Under the pieces are notes generated by a model. The model was not told where the DNA came from. It worked only from the letters and a program-made list of their open reading frames with translations, and made no database searches. Of a stretch of 64,000 bases of DNA, positions 29,489 to 39,141 are shown piece by piece; the first letter of the stretch is position 1, and each line of letters begins with the position of its first letter. The stretch covers positions 854 through 64,853 of the forward strand of contig JBJMGC010000031.1 of NCBI GenBank assembly GCA_045808105.1. The letters run 5' to 3'. Source of the DNA: Acidobacteriaceae bacterium (GTDB lineage Bacteria > Acidobacteriota > Terriglobia > Terriglobales > Acidobacteriaceae). The position numbers and the translations under genes are program-made.

Positions 29489-30361
29489 TCAAGTACTCGC
29501 CACCAACAGCGCCTCTGATCCCGGCCGAAGGCCATCACTCCTGCTGGCAAAGTAGCGCTGGGCCAGATCGCTCCCCGCCACGTGCCGCACTTCTCGAAAG
29601 CCGGCTTCGCGCGCCAGTGTCAGCATCTCCTGCGGAGTAAAAAAGCTGATGAAGGGTGTCCCACTTGCTCGCGCTCCCCTCGCCGCTGCCTCGTACCCCG
29701 GGCGCTCCTCCGGGTCAGCGAGTTCCAACGGCAGAATGAAGGTCATGGCCAGCGTGGAGCCGGGAGCGAGTGACGCGATCTGGCGCAGCGTAGCCGCGAT
29801 CGCCTCCTTCGACAGATACAAGCTGACGCCGGTAGATGCCACAAACGCCGGCCCGCTCGCGTCAAAGCCGGAAATGGTGAGCTCCTCCCACCACGAACCG
29901 CCCGCCTCGAAGTCGACCGGCACCAGCCGCAGCCACTCCGGAATGCCGAAGCCGAGCTCGATCAGGCGCTGTCTCTTCCAGGCCTGAGGACCAGGCTGGT
30001 CAACTTCGAATACCTTCAACCGCGAGGCGATCTCCGGCCTTCGCTGCGCAAAGCTGTCCAGACCGGCTCCAAGGATCACGTATTGACGAACGCCGCTCTG
30101 TGCCTGCTCCACTGCCAGATCTTCGATAAAGCGCGCACGGGCCACGATCGAGGCGCGGAAAACTCTCGTCCCTTGTGGGTCCATGTCCGGGCGCTTGTGC
30201 CAACTCTCGTCCGGACCTGCCAGCTTGAGGCCAATCTCGTCTTCAAACACATGCGGCGCCGGGTCGACCTGGACGTGCAGGGCCCGCCACAAGGCGACCC
30301 GCACCGCCGTACTGTCGGGAGCCGCCGCGCTGTTTGGAGCCAGGGTTTGCTGATCCTGCAT
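29489..30361 (-). CDS. SAM-dependent methyltransferase (leucine carboxyl methyltransferase-like family)
   Basis: TAVRVALWRA, RARFIED, QYVILGAGLDS, FEVDQP, VPVDFE and GVSLYL motifs. Confidence 0.9.
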   Translation of the reverse strand: MQDQQTLAPNSAAAPDSTAVRVALWRALHVQVDPAPHVFEDEIGLKLAGPDESWHKRPDMDPQGTRVFRASIVARARFIEDLAVEQAQSGVRQYVILGAGLDSFAQRRPEIASRLKVFEVDQPGPQAWKRQRLIELGFGIPEWLRLVPVDFEAGGSWWEELTISGFDASGPAFVASTGVSLYLSKEAIAATLRQIASLAPGSTLAMTFILPLELADPEERPGYEAAARGARASGTPFISFFTPQEMLTLAREAGFREVRHVAGSDLAQRYFASRSDGLRPGSEALLVAST

Positions 30362-30500
30362 GATGCTTTTCCTCTCCGATCCTTTTTCCTTTTAGATGAG
30401 CGGTGAATCCAGATACTGATCTAACTATTTTGGGAACAGTCCCAGAAATCTGCCACTTCATCTGATACAGATTGCTACAATGGAAATAGATCAGCCCAAG

Positions 30501-30537
30501 AAAAGCCCGCGCACATTCGCCGCGGGCTTTTGCTTTT
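30501..30537. terminator. Intrinsic terminator (bidirectional type) downstream of mnmA
   Basis: AAAAGCCCGCG-N9-CGCGGGCTTTT with A/T tracts on both sides. Confidence 0.75.
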
Positions 30538-30564
30538 GCTGAACGCTTTTCCGTCATCCGGTTT

Positions 30565-30699
30565 TAAGTTCTTTGCTTAGATGAATTTACCGATAACTTC
30601 TCTGGAATGGCGATTTTAGCTGGCGGGAGAGGCTTTAAGTCCAATAGCAACAGGAGCTTACAGGGCACCCACCCGGAGCGGGACGGGGGTGGGGCTGGG
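30565..30699. repeat. Three 25-bp imperfect palindromes TAA-N19-TTA followed by a G4-like tract
   Basis: Boxes at 30565-30589, 30594-30618 and 30636-30660; GGG-AC-GGGGG-T-GGGG-CT-GGG at 30680-30699. Confidence 0.6.
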
Positions 30700-30717
30700 A
30701 GTAACGTGACGTTCCAA

Positions 30718-31881
30718 TCAGCGGTCGGCGACAATCCAGCCGCCACCCACCACGACATCGTTCTGATAGAAAACCGCAGCCTGGCCCGGCGTCACCGCGC
30801 GTACCGGCTCGTCGAAGGTGGCGGTCACTTCATCCGGCCCGGTCTTCTCGATGATTGCAGCCGCCGGCTCATGACGATGCCGCACCTTCACACTGACGCG
30901 CATCGGCGCGGCGAGATCGGCAACCGAGATCCAATTGAGCTGGCGAGCGACCAGCGTGCGGCTGAGCAGATCGTCCTCGTTGCCGATGGTGACGCGGTGG
31001 CTCTCCGGATGGATCGAGAGCACATACAGCGGCGATGGTGACGCAACCCCCAGACCCTTGCGCTGGCCGATGGTGAACTGGTGGATGCCCTCGTGATGCC
31101 CAGCAATCGTGCCGGTCCGAGTGACGAGTTCGCCGCTTGAATCCGGCATCGTCTCGCCCTGCTCGTTCAGATACGCATCAATGAAGCGCTTGTAGTCACC
31201 GCCGGGAATGAAGCAAATCTCCTGCGAGTCCGGCTTAGTGGCGATGCCCAGGTCGTAAGCGCGTGCCTGCTCCCGCACCTCCGGCTTGGTATAGCCGCCG
31301 AGCGGAAACAGCGTGTGCGCAAGCTGCTCCTGCGTAAGTCCGAAGAGAAAGTAGGTCTGATCCTTGCCGGCATCGGCAGGCCGCTTCAGCAGCCAGCGGC
31401 CGCTGGCCTCGTCGTACTCGTTGCGCGCGTAATGGCCGGTGGCGATCAGATCGGCGCCAATCTGCCGCGCCGTCAGCAGCAACTGGTCGAACTTGAGGTG
31501 GTTATTGCACAGGCTGCAGGGAATCGGTGTGCGCCCGGCCAGGTACTCGGCGACGAAAGGCTTCACCACGTCGCGCTCGAACCGCTCCTGCTGGTTCACG
31601 AGATAGTAAGGGATCTCCAGCCGCTCGGCCACACGGCGCGCATCGTAGACATCGTCTACGGAGCAGCAGCGGCCCTGCACCTCCTCCGGCATGCCCTCGC
31701 GGCCGGCAAGGCGGCGCTGGTTCCAGAGCTGCAACGTGAGTCCCACGAGCGTGTGGCCCTCGGCCTGCAGTATGGCAGCGACAGTCGAAGAGTCCACGCC
31801 ACCCGACATCGCAACCGCGATCACTCGCGGCTGCGCGGCGGCAGACTTCGCCTGGTTCGAATTGGCTACAGTCTCGGTCAC
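30718..31881 (-). CDS. mnmA: tRNA 2-thiouridylase
   Basis: AMSGGVDS, GRCCS, PIPCSLCN, ATGHYAR, KDQTYFL, DSQEICF, FTIGQRKG and TPGQAAVFY. GTG start at 31881 is inferred. Confidence 0.97.
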   Translation of the reverse strand: MTETVANSNQAKSAAAQPRVIAVAMSGGVDSSTVAAILQAEGHTLVGLTLQLWNQRRLAGREGMPEEVQGRCCSVDDVYDARRVAERLEIPYYLVNQQERFERDVVKPFVAEYLAGRTPIPCSLCNNHLKFDQLLLTARQIGADLIATGHYARNEYDEASGRWLLKRPADAGKDQTYFLFGLTQEQLAHTLFPLGGYTKPEVREQARAYDLGIATKPDSQEICFIPGGDYKRFIDAYLNEQGETMPDSSGELVTRTGTIAGHHEGIHQFTIGQRKGLGVASPSPLYVLSIHPESHRVTIGNEDDLLSRTLVARQLNWISVADLAAPMRVSVKVRHRHEPAAAIIEKTGPDEVTATFDEPVRAVTPGQAAVFYQNDVVVGGGWIVADR

Positions 31882-31894
31882 AAAATCCTGTCTG

Positions 31895-33097
31895 CTAAAT
31901 CGAGCTTCCCGCTTGGGCAGGTGCAACTACCGCGGACGCTTTCACCGGCGCTTTGTAGAACGGCGAAAGTTCCCGCAGCCGCTCCACCGCCGCCGGCACC
32001 AGCTCCAGCGCGAAGTCGATGTCTTCCTCCGTCGCGCTCGTGTCCAGGCTGAAGCGCAGGCTGGCGCGCGCGCGCCCCGACGGCACACCCATCGCGGTCA
32101 TCACATGCGAAGGATCCATCGCGCCAGATGTGCAGGCCGAACCGCCGGAAACTGCCAGGCCCTTCAGGTCGAGGGCAATCACCAGCGCTTCACCCTCCAG
32201 ATGATCGAACCAGATGTTCGTCGTATTCGGCACTCTCGGGACATCTCCGCCATAGATACCGGCCTCGTCCACTCGCGCCAGCACGCCCTGCTCCAGCCGG
32301 TCGCGAAGCGCGGCGAGACGTGACGGACCATCGCTCGCGACGAAGGCATGCGCCATCTCCGCGGCACGTCCCAGTCCGACGATGCCCGCAAGGTTCTCCG
32401 TGCCGGCCCGCCGCTGGTGCTCCTGCGGACCCCCGAATATCAGCGGCTCGGGATGCGTGCCCCGCCGGACATAAAGTGCGCCGGTGCCCTGCGGGCCATG
32501 GAACTTGTGGCCCGAGATGGTCAGCAGGTCGCAGCCGATCGCCGTCACATCGATGGGGAGCTTGCCCACCGCCTGCACCGCGTCGGTATGGAAGTACACA
32601 TCCGCTTCTCGGGCGATGGCGCCGATCTCCGTCACCGGCTGCCGCGTTCCGATCTCGTTATTGGCCATCATTACGCTGATGAGCTGGGTATTCGGGCGCA
32701 GGGCACGGCGCACGTCTGCGGGATCCACCACTCCGGATGCACTGACGGGCAGAATCGTGACCTCGACACCGCGCTCGCGCAGCCGCTCGGCGGTGTGGAG
32801 CACGGCATGATGCTCGATGGCGGTGGTGATCAGGTGGTCGCCCGGCTTCAGCACCCCGGTCAGCCCCAGGTTGTCGCTCTCCGTGCCGCCGCTGGTGAAG
32901 ACGACTTCCGCCGCCCGGCAACCCAGCAGGCCGGCGACTTGTTCGCGGGCACGCTCCACGGCGGCCCGGGCCCGCTGCCCGTGAAAGTGGATAGAGGAGG
33001 CATTGCCAAACTGCTCGGTAAACCAGGGGCGCATGACTGCGAACACCTCCGGAGCGAGAGGCGTGGTGGCATTGGCATCCATGTAGACACGATTCAT
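31895..33097 (-). CDS. iscS: Cysteine desulfurase (IscS/NifS group I)
   Basis: YMDANATTP, GNASSIH, FTSGGTES, HTDAVQ, SGHKFHGPQG and SGGSACTSG motifs; directly upstream of mnmA. Confidence 0.93.
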   Translation of the reverse strand: MNRVYMDANATTPLAPEVFAVMRPWFTEQFGNASSIHFHGQRARAAVERAREQVAGLLGCRAAEVVFTSGGTESDNLGLTGVLKPGDHLITTAIEHHAVLHTAERLRERGVEVTILPVSASGVVDPADVRRALRPNTQLISVMMANNEIGTRQPVTEIGAIAREADVYFHTDAVQAVGKLPIDVTAIGCDLLTISGHKFHGPQGTGALYVRRGTHPEPLIFGGPQEHQRRAGTENLAGIVGLGRAAEMAHAFVASDGPSRLAALRDRLEQGVLARVDEAGIYGGDVPRVPNTTNIWFDHLEGEALVIALDLKGLAVSGGSACTSGAMDPSHVMTAMGVPSGRARASLRFSLDTSATEEDIDFALELVPAAVERLRELSPFYKAPVKASAVVAPAQAGSSI

Positions 33098-33277
33098 AGT
33101 TAGCTTCCAGTTTACGCTGCTGTGACGGCAGACAGTCGTGACGGCCGACAGTGTTGTTCGTCCCCGCGTCCCGGTATTGCGGCGGCGGCCCCGAGTTGGC
33201 CTAACCCATTCCCATCGCGCAGGTTCACGTTGTTCTGCTAGGCTTCTGGCCGTGCCGAGAGCACGGGAGGCTTTGGA

Positions 33278-33901
33278 ATGAACTGTAGAACCATCCGAGT
33301 GTTGGGTATGGCTGCCGCGTTGTTCGCCGGCGGCATCATGATGCAGGCCACTGCGCAGGCGCAAACAGGCGCGGCACACAAGGCCAAGATGAAAGCGGAG
33401 GACGCGGCGGGAGGCATGCAATCGCCGTCGGAACTTTATGGCAAGATGCTGAAGATGTTATCGAGCGAGGTCATCAGCGCCGCGGAGGCGATGCCAGCGG
33501 ATAAGTATGACTTTGCGCCGACAGCAGGCAAGTTCGATGGGGTGCGTACCTTTGGCTCGCAGGTGCAGCATATCGCGGAATCCAACTATTACTTCTTCTC
33601 AGCCTTCGGTCTCAGCGGCGCGCCGGACGATGCCAAGCTGAAGTCCCTGAAGAGCAAGGACGAACTGGTACAGGCCCTGAAGGACTCCTACGAGTATGCA
33701 CAAAAGGGAATCGATACCATCACGCCGCAGAATGCCTTTGAACCCGTGAGCGCGGGACAGATGAAGATGGGGCGAGCGGGTTTCGCAACCGTCTGCCTGG
33801 CCCACTCCATGGACCACTACGGCCAGATGGTGGAATACCTGCGCATGAACGGCATCGTTCCCCCGGCCAGCCAGAAACAGGGACAGGGCGGCGGAATGTA
33901 G
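33278..33901 (+). CDS. Exported DinB/YfiT-family protein
   Basis: Signal peptide, AEAMPADKYDFAP, RTFGSQVQHIA and HSMDHYGQMVEYLRMNGIVPP. Confidence 0.88.
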   Translation: MNCRTIRVLGMAAALFAGGIMMQATAQAQTGAAHKAKMKAEDAAGGMQSPSELYGKMLKMLSSEVISAAEAMPADKYDFAPTAGKFDGVRTFGSQVQHIAESNYYFFSAFGLSGAPDDAKLKSLKSKDELVQALKDSYEYAQKGIDTITPQNAFEPVSAGQMKMGRAGFATVCLAHSMDHYGQMVEYLRMNGIVPPASQKQGQGGGM

Positions 33902-33936
33902 TGGCGAAACACAGCGGCGAAACACCGTTACGTAAC

Positions 33937-33966
33937 AAGGGCGCAGCCCGGAGGCTGCGCCTTTTT
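33937..33966. terminator. Bidirectional intrinsic terminator
   Basis: AAGGGCGCAGCC-CGGA-GGCTGCGCCTTTTT between convergent genes. Confidence 0.8.
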
Positions 33967-33977
33967 GCCGTTCAGCT

Positions 33978-35111
33978 TTACCGTTTTTCCAGCGGCGTGT
34001 ACTCGGCCGGATATTCAGCGCCGATGTAGTCGGCGCGGGGACGGATCAGGCGATTGTCGTCGTGCTGCTCAATCACATGCGCAGCCCAGCCCGAGATGCG
34101 GCTTACGGCGAAGATGGGCGTGAAGAGATCGATGTCGATACCGAGTGTGGTGTAGGTCGACGCGGAGTAAAAGTCCACGTTCGCGTTTAGCTTCTTCTCC
34201 GCGTTGATGTACTTCTCGATGGCGCGTGACATGTCGAACCACTTCGTGTTGTTCGCGGACTTACCCAGCGCCTCGCTCATGCTGCGCAGGTGCGTCGCGC
34301 GCGGGTCTTCTGTGTGATACACGCGGTGGCCGAAGCCGGAGATCTTCTTCTTCGCCGCCAGCATCGCCTTGACGTGCTCCACCGCGTCCTCGCCGTTTTT
34401 GTCGATATCGAAGAGCATGCGCATGACGGCCTCGTTCGCGCCGCCGTGCAGCGGGCCCTTGAGTGCGCCGATCGCGCCGGTGATGGCGGAGTGAATGTCG
34501 GAGAGGGTGGCCGCGATGACGCGGGCGGCAAATGTGGAAGCGTTCAACTCATGGTCGGCATGCAGGATCAGTGCGACATCCATTGTGCGAGTTGCGGTAT
34601 CAGAGGGCTTTTCGCCGTTTAGCATCCACAGGAAGTTGCCGGCATGGGAGAGCGATGGATCGGCTTCCACCAGCGGTTTGCCTTTGCGGATGCGGTCGTA
34701 GAGCGCCACCAGCATGGCGATCTGCGATGTGAGCCGAAAGCTTTTCCGGATGTTCGCATCATGCGAGTTATCCCGCTCGTCCGGGTCGTAGCAGCTGAGC
34801 GCGGAGACGGCGGTGCGCAGCACCTCCATCGGCGTGACGTCTTTGGGGAAGGTGCGCAGCATTTCGACGATCTTCGGATCGAGCACCCGCGCCTTGGCCA
34901 ACTCCTTGCGGAAGGTGTCGAGCTCGGCCGCTTTGGGCAGCCGCCCATTCCACAGCAGATACGTGGTCTCTTCAAAGTTGGATTGCTCGGCCAGCTTGTG
35001 GATGTCGATGCCGCGGTAGGCGAGCACTCCGGCATCGCCATCAATCCAGCAAATGCTGGAGGTGGTGGCTACAATGCCCTCCAGGCCTTTCGCAGCAACA
35101 GCAGTCCCCAT
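33978..35111 (-). CDS. Citrate synthase / 2-methylcitrate synthase (short dimeric type)
   Basis: KGLEG, LAYRG, HADHELNASTF, GPLHGGAN, GFGHRVY, DPR, NVDF and RLIRPR motifs. Confidence 0.95.
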   Translation of the reverse strand: MGTAVAAKGLEGIVATTSSICWIDGDAGVLAYRGIDIHKLAEQSNFEETTYLLWNGRLPKAAELDTFRKELAKARVLDPKIVEMLRTFPKDVTPMEVLRTAVSALSCYDPDERDNSHDANIRKSFRLTSQIAMLVALYDRIRKGKPLVEADPSLSHAGNFLWMLNGEKPSDTATRTMDVALILHADHELNASTFAARVIAATLSDIHSAITGAIGALKGPLHGGANEAVMRMLFDIDKNGEDAVEHVKAMLAAKKKISGFGHRVYHTEDPRATHLRSMSEALGKSANNTKWFDMSRAIEKYINAEKKLNANVDFYSASTYTTLGIDIDLFTPIFAVSRISGWAAHVIEQHDDNRLIRPRADYIGAEYPAEYTPLEKR

Positions 35112-35205
35112 CCGTAAATCTCCTTCGCCGTCGATGCGGCGTTTCCTATTTCTTTGATGCTCAGCGCTGCACACGACAGATTGCAGCCAAGTGCCGAACT
35201 AATCG

Positions 35206-36291
35206 TTATAGCGCAGCCGCAAAGTGCTTGTCACATGATGCAGAGATAGACGCGCGATGCGGAGAAAATGGCGCGAGGTCGATCTCCGGCGCACTGCCGC
35301 AAATGAGGTCTGCGATGACACGCGCTGTTCCGGGAGCGAGCAGGATGCCGTTGCGGAAGTGACCGGTCGCCAAAAACTGTACTGCGCCGTGTTCCGGATG
35401 ACGGCCAATCAGCGGCAGGCCATCCGGGGAACCGGGACGCAGGCCGGCCCAGCTTTCGACGTACGGCGCATCCATGGCCGGTGACCAGACTGCCGCGGCA
35501 CGCTTGCGCAGAATCGCTAATGCATCCGGCTCTACCTGCTTCGAATAGCCGGCATCTTCCACAGTCGCACCAATGACGATGCGGTGATCGTTGCGGGGGA
35601 TCAGATAGACCTCCGGAGAACGGAGCACGCGGGTGAGCCGCGGGCCCTCGGGCTGCGCGATGACCAGCATCTGGCCCTTGGATGGAGCGACCCCGGAGGA
35701 TGGTTCCAGCGCACCAGCCCAGGCGCCGCAGCAGTTGATGAAGGCGTCGGCGCGTACAGTACCGCGTTCTGTGGTCAGGAGCACGCCACCGCTCTCCGCC
35801 TCGACCGACAGAACACGCTCATACTCCCGAAGGACCACTCCCGCGGCGCGCACGGCGAGCGGAAGAGCGGCACACAGGTCGCGCGGATCGAGGCTCGCCT
35901 CGTCAAAAAGGCAGGCTGGCGCCGTACTGGCGAGCCCAGGCACGAGGCGCTGTGCCTCGTCGTGCGATAAGAATGTACCGGCTGTGCCTGCGTGGGCACT
36001 TTCCAGAAGCTGTACAGTCTCGCGTGTGCGGAAGGGAACCGGTTCTCCGGACAGCGCCCGAATTTCCTCCAGGAACTCCTCATATAGGCTGCGGCTGTAG
36101 CGGGAAAGGGGCAGGAGCGCGGGAGGGTTCTCGGGATCTTCGACGGCGAGCATACCACCGGCAGCCCACGAGGCCTCCTTCATCGCCGTACCTGCTTCCA
36201 ACACAGTGACCTGCAGGCCTCGGCGTCGCAGCGCCAGCGAGCAGGCAAGACCGATGACTCCCCCGCCGGCGATGGCGATATGTCCCTGCAT
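35206..36291 (-). CDS. thiO: FAD-dependent glycine oxidase / D-amino acid oxidase (ThiO-like)
   Basis: IAGGGVIG, ASWAAGGML, KGQM, YLIPR, WAGLRP and TGHFRNGILLAP motifs. Confidence 0.85.
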   Translation of the reverse strand: MQGHIAIAGGGVIGLACSLALRRRGLQVTVLEAGTAMKEASWAAGGMLAVEDPENPPALLPLSRYSRSLYEEFLEEIRALSGEPVPFRTRETVQLLESAHAGTAGTFLSHDEAQRLVPGLASTAPACLFDEASLDPRDLCAALPLAVRAAGVVLREYERVLSVEAESGGVLLTTERGTVRADAFINCCGAWAGALEPSSGVAPSKGQMLVIAQPEGPRLTRVLRSPEVYLIPRNDHRIVIGATVEDAGYSKQVEPDALAILRKRAAAVWSPAMDAPYVESWAGLRPGSPDGLPLIGRHPEHGAVQFLATGHFRNGILLAPGTARVIADLICGSAPEIDLAPFSPHRASISASCDKHFAAAL

Positions 36292-36473
36292 GATTCGATT
36301 GTAGCGGGCCCAGGTGAGGTAATCTTTGAGTAATCCATCGTGTTGAAATCCTCGTTTTGATTCCATTTTGCTTCCCCGGCAGCGGTTGGGGGAGCGGGGC
36401 ATCTTGGGCGCAGGAGCGCGATTCTAACTGGGTATCTCATCCAGTCAATTAAGAAGCAGGAGGGCTTGTCTGA

Positions 36474-38261
36474 ATGCGACAACTGGGCGCACGTCTACCG
36501 GTACCACCGGAGGAGACGGATGTTGTCGAGACGCCACAGAGTGTGCCTTCGGCCAGGCCAGCGGATCGTTCGGTGCCCCATGCGCCTTCGGAAACCGAAG
36601 CGCCGCAGGCTGAGCCGTATCCGGTGGAACGGCACCGGATCGAGCCGCAAAGGGTGGATTCCGGCCCTGCTGTGACACCACCGCCGCCGGCACATCCCCG
36701 GCAGACCGAGCCGACGGGCGTGCGTTCGGAGAAAGATTGGGCGGAGAGGCCTCACGGCGCGCAGGCGGACAACCCTGTTCAGCAAGCCGCCAATCCCGCC
36801 GGGCGGGCAGCCAACCGGGCTGGACACGCGGTCGATTCTGCCAGGGTGGCGGACAACGCAGCTGCATCGGCAGCCTACCGTGCCAGACTGGCGGACAGCG
36901 CTGCATCGTTGCCAGACAGCCCCGCCGCACGCTGGGCGGAGTTCCATGACTTTCGCCGTCCGGAGCCGGGTCGCGGCGGGCGGCTCAACTTCGAGTCGAT
37001 GCTGCAGCAGGACGATCAGTCATGGGTCCGGCCAAGAATGCGTCAGGAGCGCGAACATCATTTTCCGTTCCTAACGCTGGCGGTACCAGGTATTGCGGCA
37101 ATCCTCGCGGTGGGAGCGCTGTTGTGGAGCGGCTCGCTGAGAGACCGGGTACGCCAGCAGGATGCCGCGATGAATGCGCTGCAGGAGCAGAACCACAAGC
37201 TGGCTGACACCCTGGCGCAGATGAACGTGGATCAGAAGACGACCAGCGCGCTGGACGGTAATGCCGATCTCCCGCATGCGCCGGTGGACGCGCAGAATGA
37301 CGCCAATGGCGCGACTGCCGCCTCGCAGCAAAGCCCGCAACAGCCCACGACGCCAGCGACAAGCCCTCAGCCGTCAGAGGCTGAGTCACAGCCCACGAGC
37401 GATAGTGGCGCGGCCGGTACACCGGTTGCAAAACAGAGCAATGGTGAAACGAAGAATCGGGGAGCAGGGAACCGGCAGGGCGTCTCGACTCCGCCGCCGA
37501 TGGGGCAGGGGGGCCGGACGCCGCGGCAGCAAAATGGATCGCGCAATCGGCCGGTCGACGCGGCATATACGCCGGAGCTGGTTCCGCCGTATCCGACGCA
37601 CTTCCAGCCGCAGAACGTGGCCGCCAATGCGGCAGCGAGCCAACCGGTGCCGAGTGCAGGAGTATCCAATGGGTCGTCGCCCCCCTCGTCTGGGACAACT
37701 TCTTCGGGGACAACTACAGGACAGGGAACTTCAACACGGACAGGGCAGGCTGCCCCGTCGAGCTATGTGCCGCCCGTTTCTGTACCTTCGTCTCCGAGAG
37801 CATCTGTACCGCAGCCATCTGGATCGCAAACTGGCGTAACGCAACTAGCTAAGTCGAACGTAGGCCGAGGGGCGGCGCCTCCTCCTGCTGCATCACCCGC
37901 CCCACCCGCCACCTCGTACAACGCCACGGCAGATGGCTCGTATGTGAGTCCGCTGGCGCAGAACATCGAGACGGTGGAGGGATTGCAGCGGCATAGCCCG
38001 GTGCCGCTCCGTGAATTCCACGCGGATCAAGGAAGAATTGCCAAGGTGACGCCGAACCTGGGCGTGTCCGTGCGGCGCCCGGATCCGAGACGTGGGACTT
38101 ATGCTCTGGTTGTCGACGAGGGTGGGAAACACTACCAGGTCACGGGGCAGGTGAACAGTCCGCTGACCTTGAGCGATAGCGCTGCCCACCGCGAATACAC
38201 ACTGGTGGTGTTGCACATCGACAATCAACAGGTGTACGGCTATCTACGTCCCATGCAATAA
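36474..38261 (+). CDS. Hypothetical bitopic membrane protein with long disordered Pro/Ser/Thr regions
   Basis: 595-aa ORF with AGGAGG RBS, one TM (FPFLTLAVPGIAAILAVGALLW), a coiled coil and a C-terminal beta-rich domain. Confidence 0.7.
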   Translation: MRQLGARLPVPPEETDVVETPQSVPSARPADRSVPHAPSETEAPQAEPYPVERHRIEPQRVDSGPAVTPPPPAHPRQTEPTGVRSEKDWAERPHGAQADNPVQQAANPAGRAANRAGHAVDSARVADNAAASAAYRARLADSAASLPDSPAARWAEFHDFRRPEPGRGGRLNFESMLQQDDQSWVRPRMRQEREHHFPFLTLAVPGIAAILAVGALLWSGSLRDRVRQQDAAMNALQEQNHKLADTLAQMNVDQKTTSALDGNADLPHAPVDAQNDANGATAASQQSPQQPTTPATSPQPSEAESQPTSDSGAAGTPVAKQSNGETKNRGAGNRQGVSTPPPMGQGGRTPRQQNGSRNRPVDAAYTPELVPPYPTHFQPQNVAANAAASQPVPSAGVSNGSSPPSSGTTSSGTTTGQGTSTRTGQAAPSSYVPPVSVPSSPRASVPQPSGSQTGVTQLAKSNVGRGAAPPPAASPAPPATSYNATADGSYVSPLAQNIETVEGLQRHSPVPLREFHADQGRIAKVTPNLGVSVRRPDPRRGTYALVVDEGGKHYQVTGQVNSPLTLSDSAAHREYTLVVLHIDNQQVYGYLRPMQ

Positions 38262-38315
38262 ACAGCAGATTCAGTTTCGACGAGGTCAGCGGCGGATCTC
38301 TCGATCAAGCTTTAT

Positions 38316-38930
38316 TTAACTTGGCGGAGCGGGAAGAGTGATGTCTTTCGCGCCGTTAAAAGAGACGGTTACCTGCATTGACTTGCGGGCGTCCCATTGC
38401 TCTTTCGAGAGGGGATAACTGAATACCATCAGGCCGTCAACGGACTGCCCAGGCGGAATCTGGATGTCCCGGCGGAGTGGATCCATACGCAGGGGTGCAA
38501 GCTGTGGATACGCTTGAAAGACCTTCTCGAAATCAGGACCGCTCGCTCCGAGGCTGCGGCGCGTCTCGCCGTTCGGCAGGGTGACCACCGCCCAATCGTC
38601 CTCAAGCGTGATCGGCGTCGTGTTCGGATTGTGCAGGCGAACGTGGGCAAAGACCAGCAACTGATTGATGATCTCGTCCTGACCTTGCTGGCCGGGAGTG
38701 CCAGCATTGCCTCCCGTGATTTTTGCCTGTACCGGATAGATGGCCAGGCGAGCGATGTCGCCGGTGGCAACGGGCGTCTTGCGTCCGAATTGAATCCAGA
38801 TCAGGACGGCAAGCGAGGAAATGACCAGCGCAATGACAATGCGCGTCGCAAGGCGGCCATAGTTCGTCGGCTCGTCGACTTGCGTGAGGTGGAAGCCGCC
38901 GGAGGGCGGATTTTCAAACTGATCAGTCAC
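38316..38930 (-). CDS. Hypothetical membrane-anchored beta-rich protein
   Basis: Single N-terminal TM followed by an Ig-like pattern (VRLHNP...IPPGQSVDGLMVFSYP). Confidence 0.7.
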   Translation of the reverse strand: MTDQFENPPSGGFHLTQVDEPTNYGRLATRIVIALVISSLAVLIWIQFGRKTPVATGDIARLAIYPVQAKITGGNAGTPGQQGQDEIINQLLVFAHVRLHNPNTTPITLEDDWAVVTLPNGETRRSLGASGPDFEKVFQAYPQLAPLRMDPLRRDIQIPPGQSVDGLMVFSYPLSKEQWDARKSMQVTVSFNGAKDITLPAPPS

Positions 38931-39141
38931 GGTGGTGCCTGCATTCTATAGGAATAGGTGCGTCGTGAAGCTGAGACCGTGGATGCCGATGTCAAGATAC
39001 GATGAAACCACAATCCCGGCACAGTCCTAGCACACAAAGTGTGTAGGACAGGGGCTCAAAGACGGATGGTAGGATCGGCTTCGAGCCTGTCAGCAACTGA
39101 TGACGTGCGAGGACGGCCGGCAGTTTCGCAGAAAGACAGGT

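Noticed and set aside
31895-33421. 508-aa N-terminally extended cysteine desulfurase as in the ORF track
   Set aside because: The extension overlaps the divergent DinB gene and homology begins at MNRVYMD (33097).
36466-36500. Possible frameshifted zinc ribbon (one extra C would give CDNCGARL) at the start of the 595-aa protein
   Set aside because: There is no second CxxC upstream in that frame, and the ATG at 36474 has a well-spaced AGGAGG. Probably coincidence.
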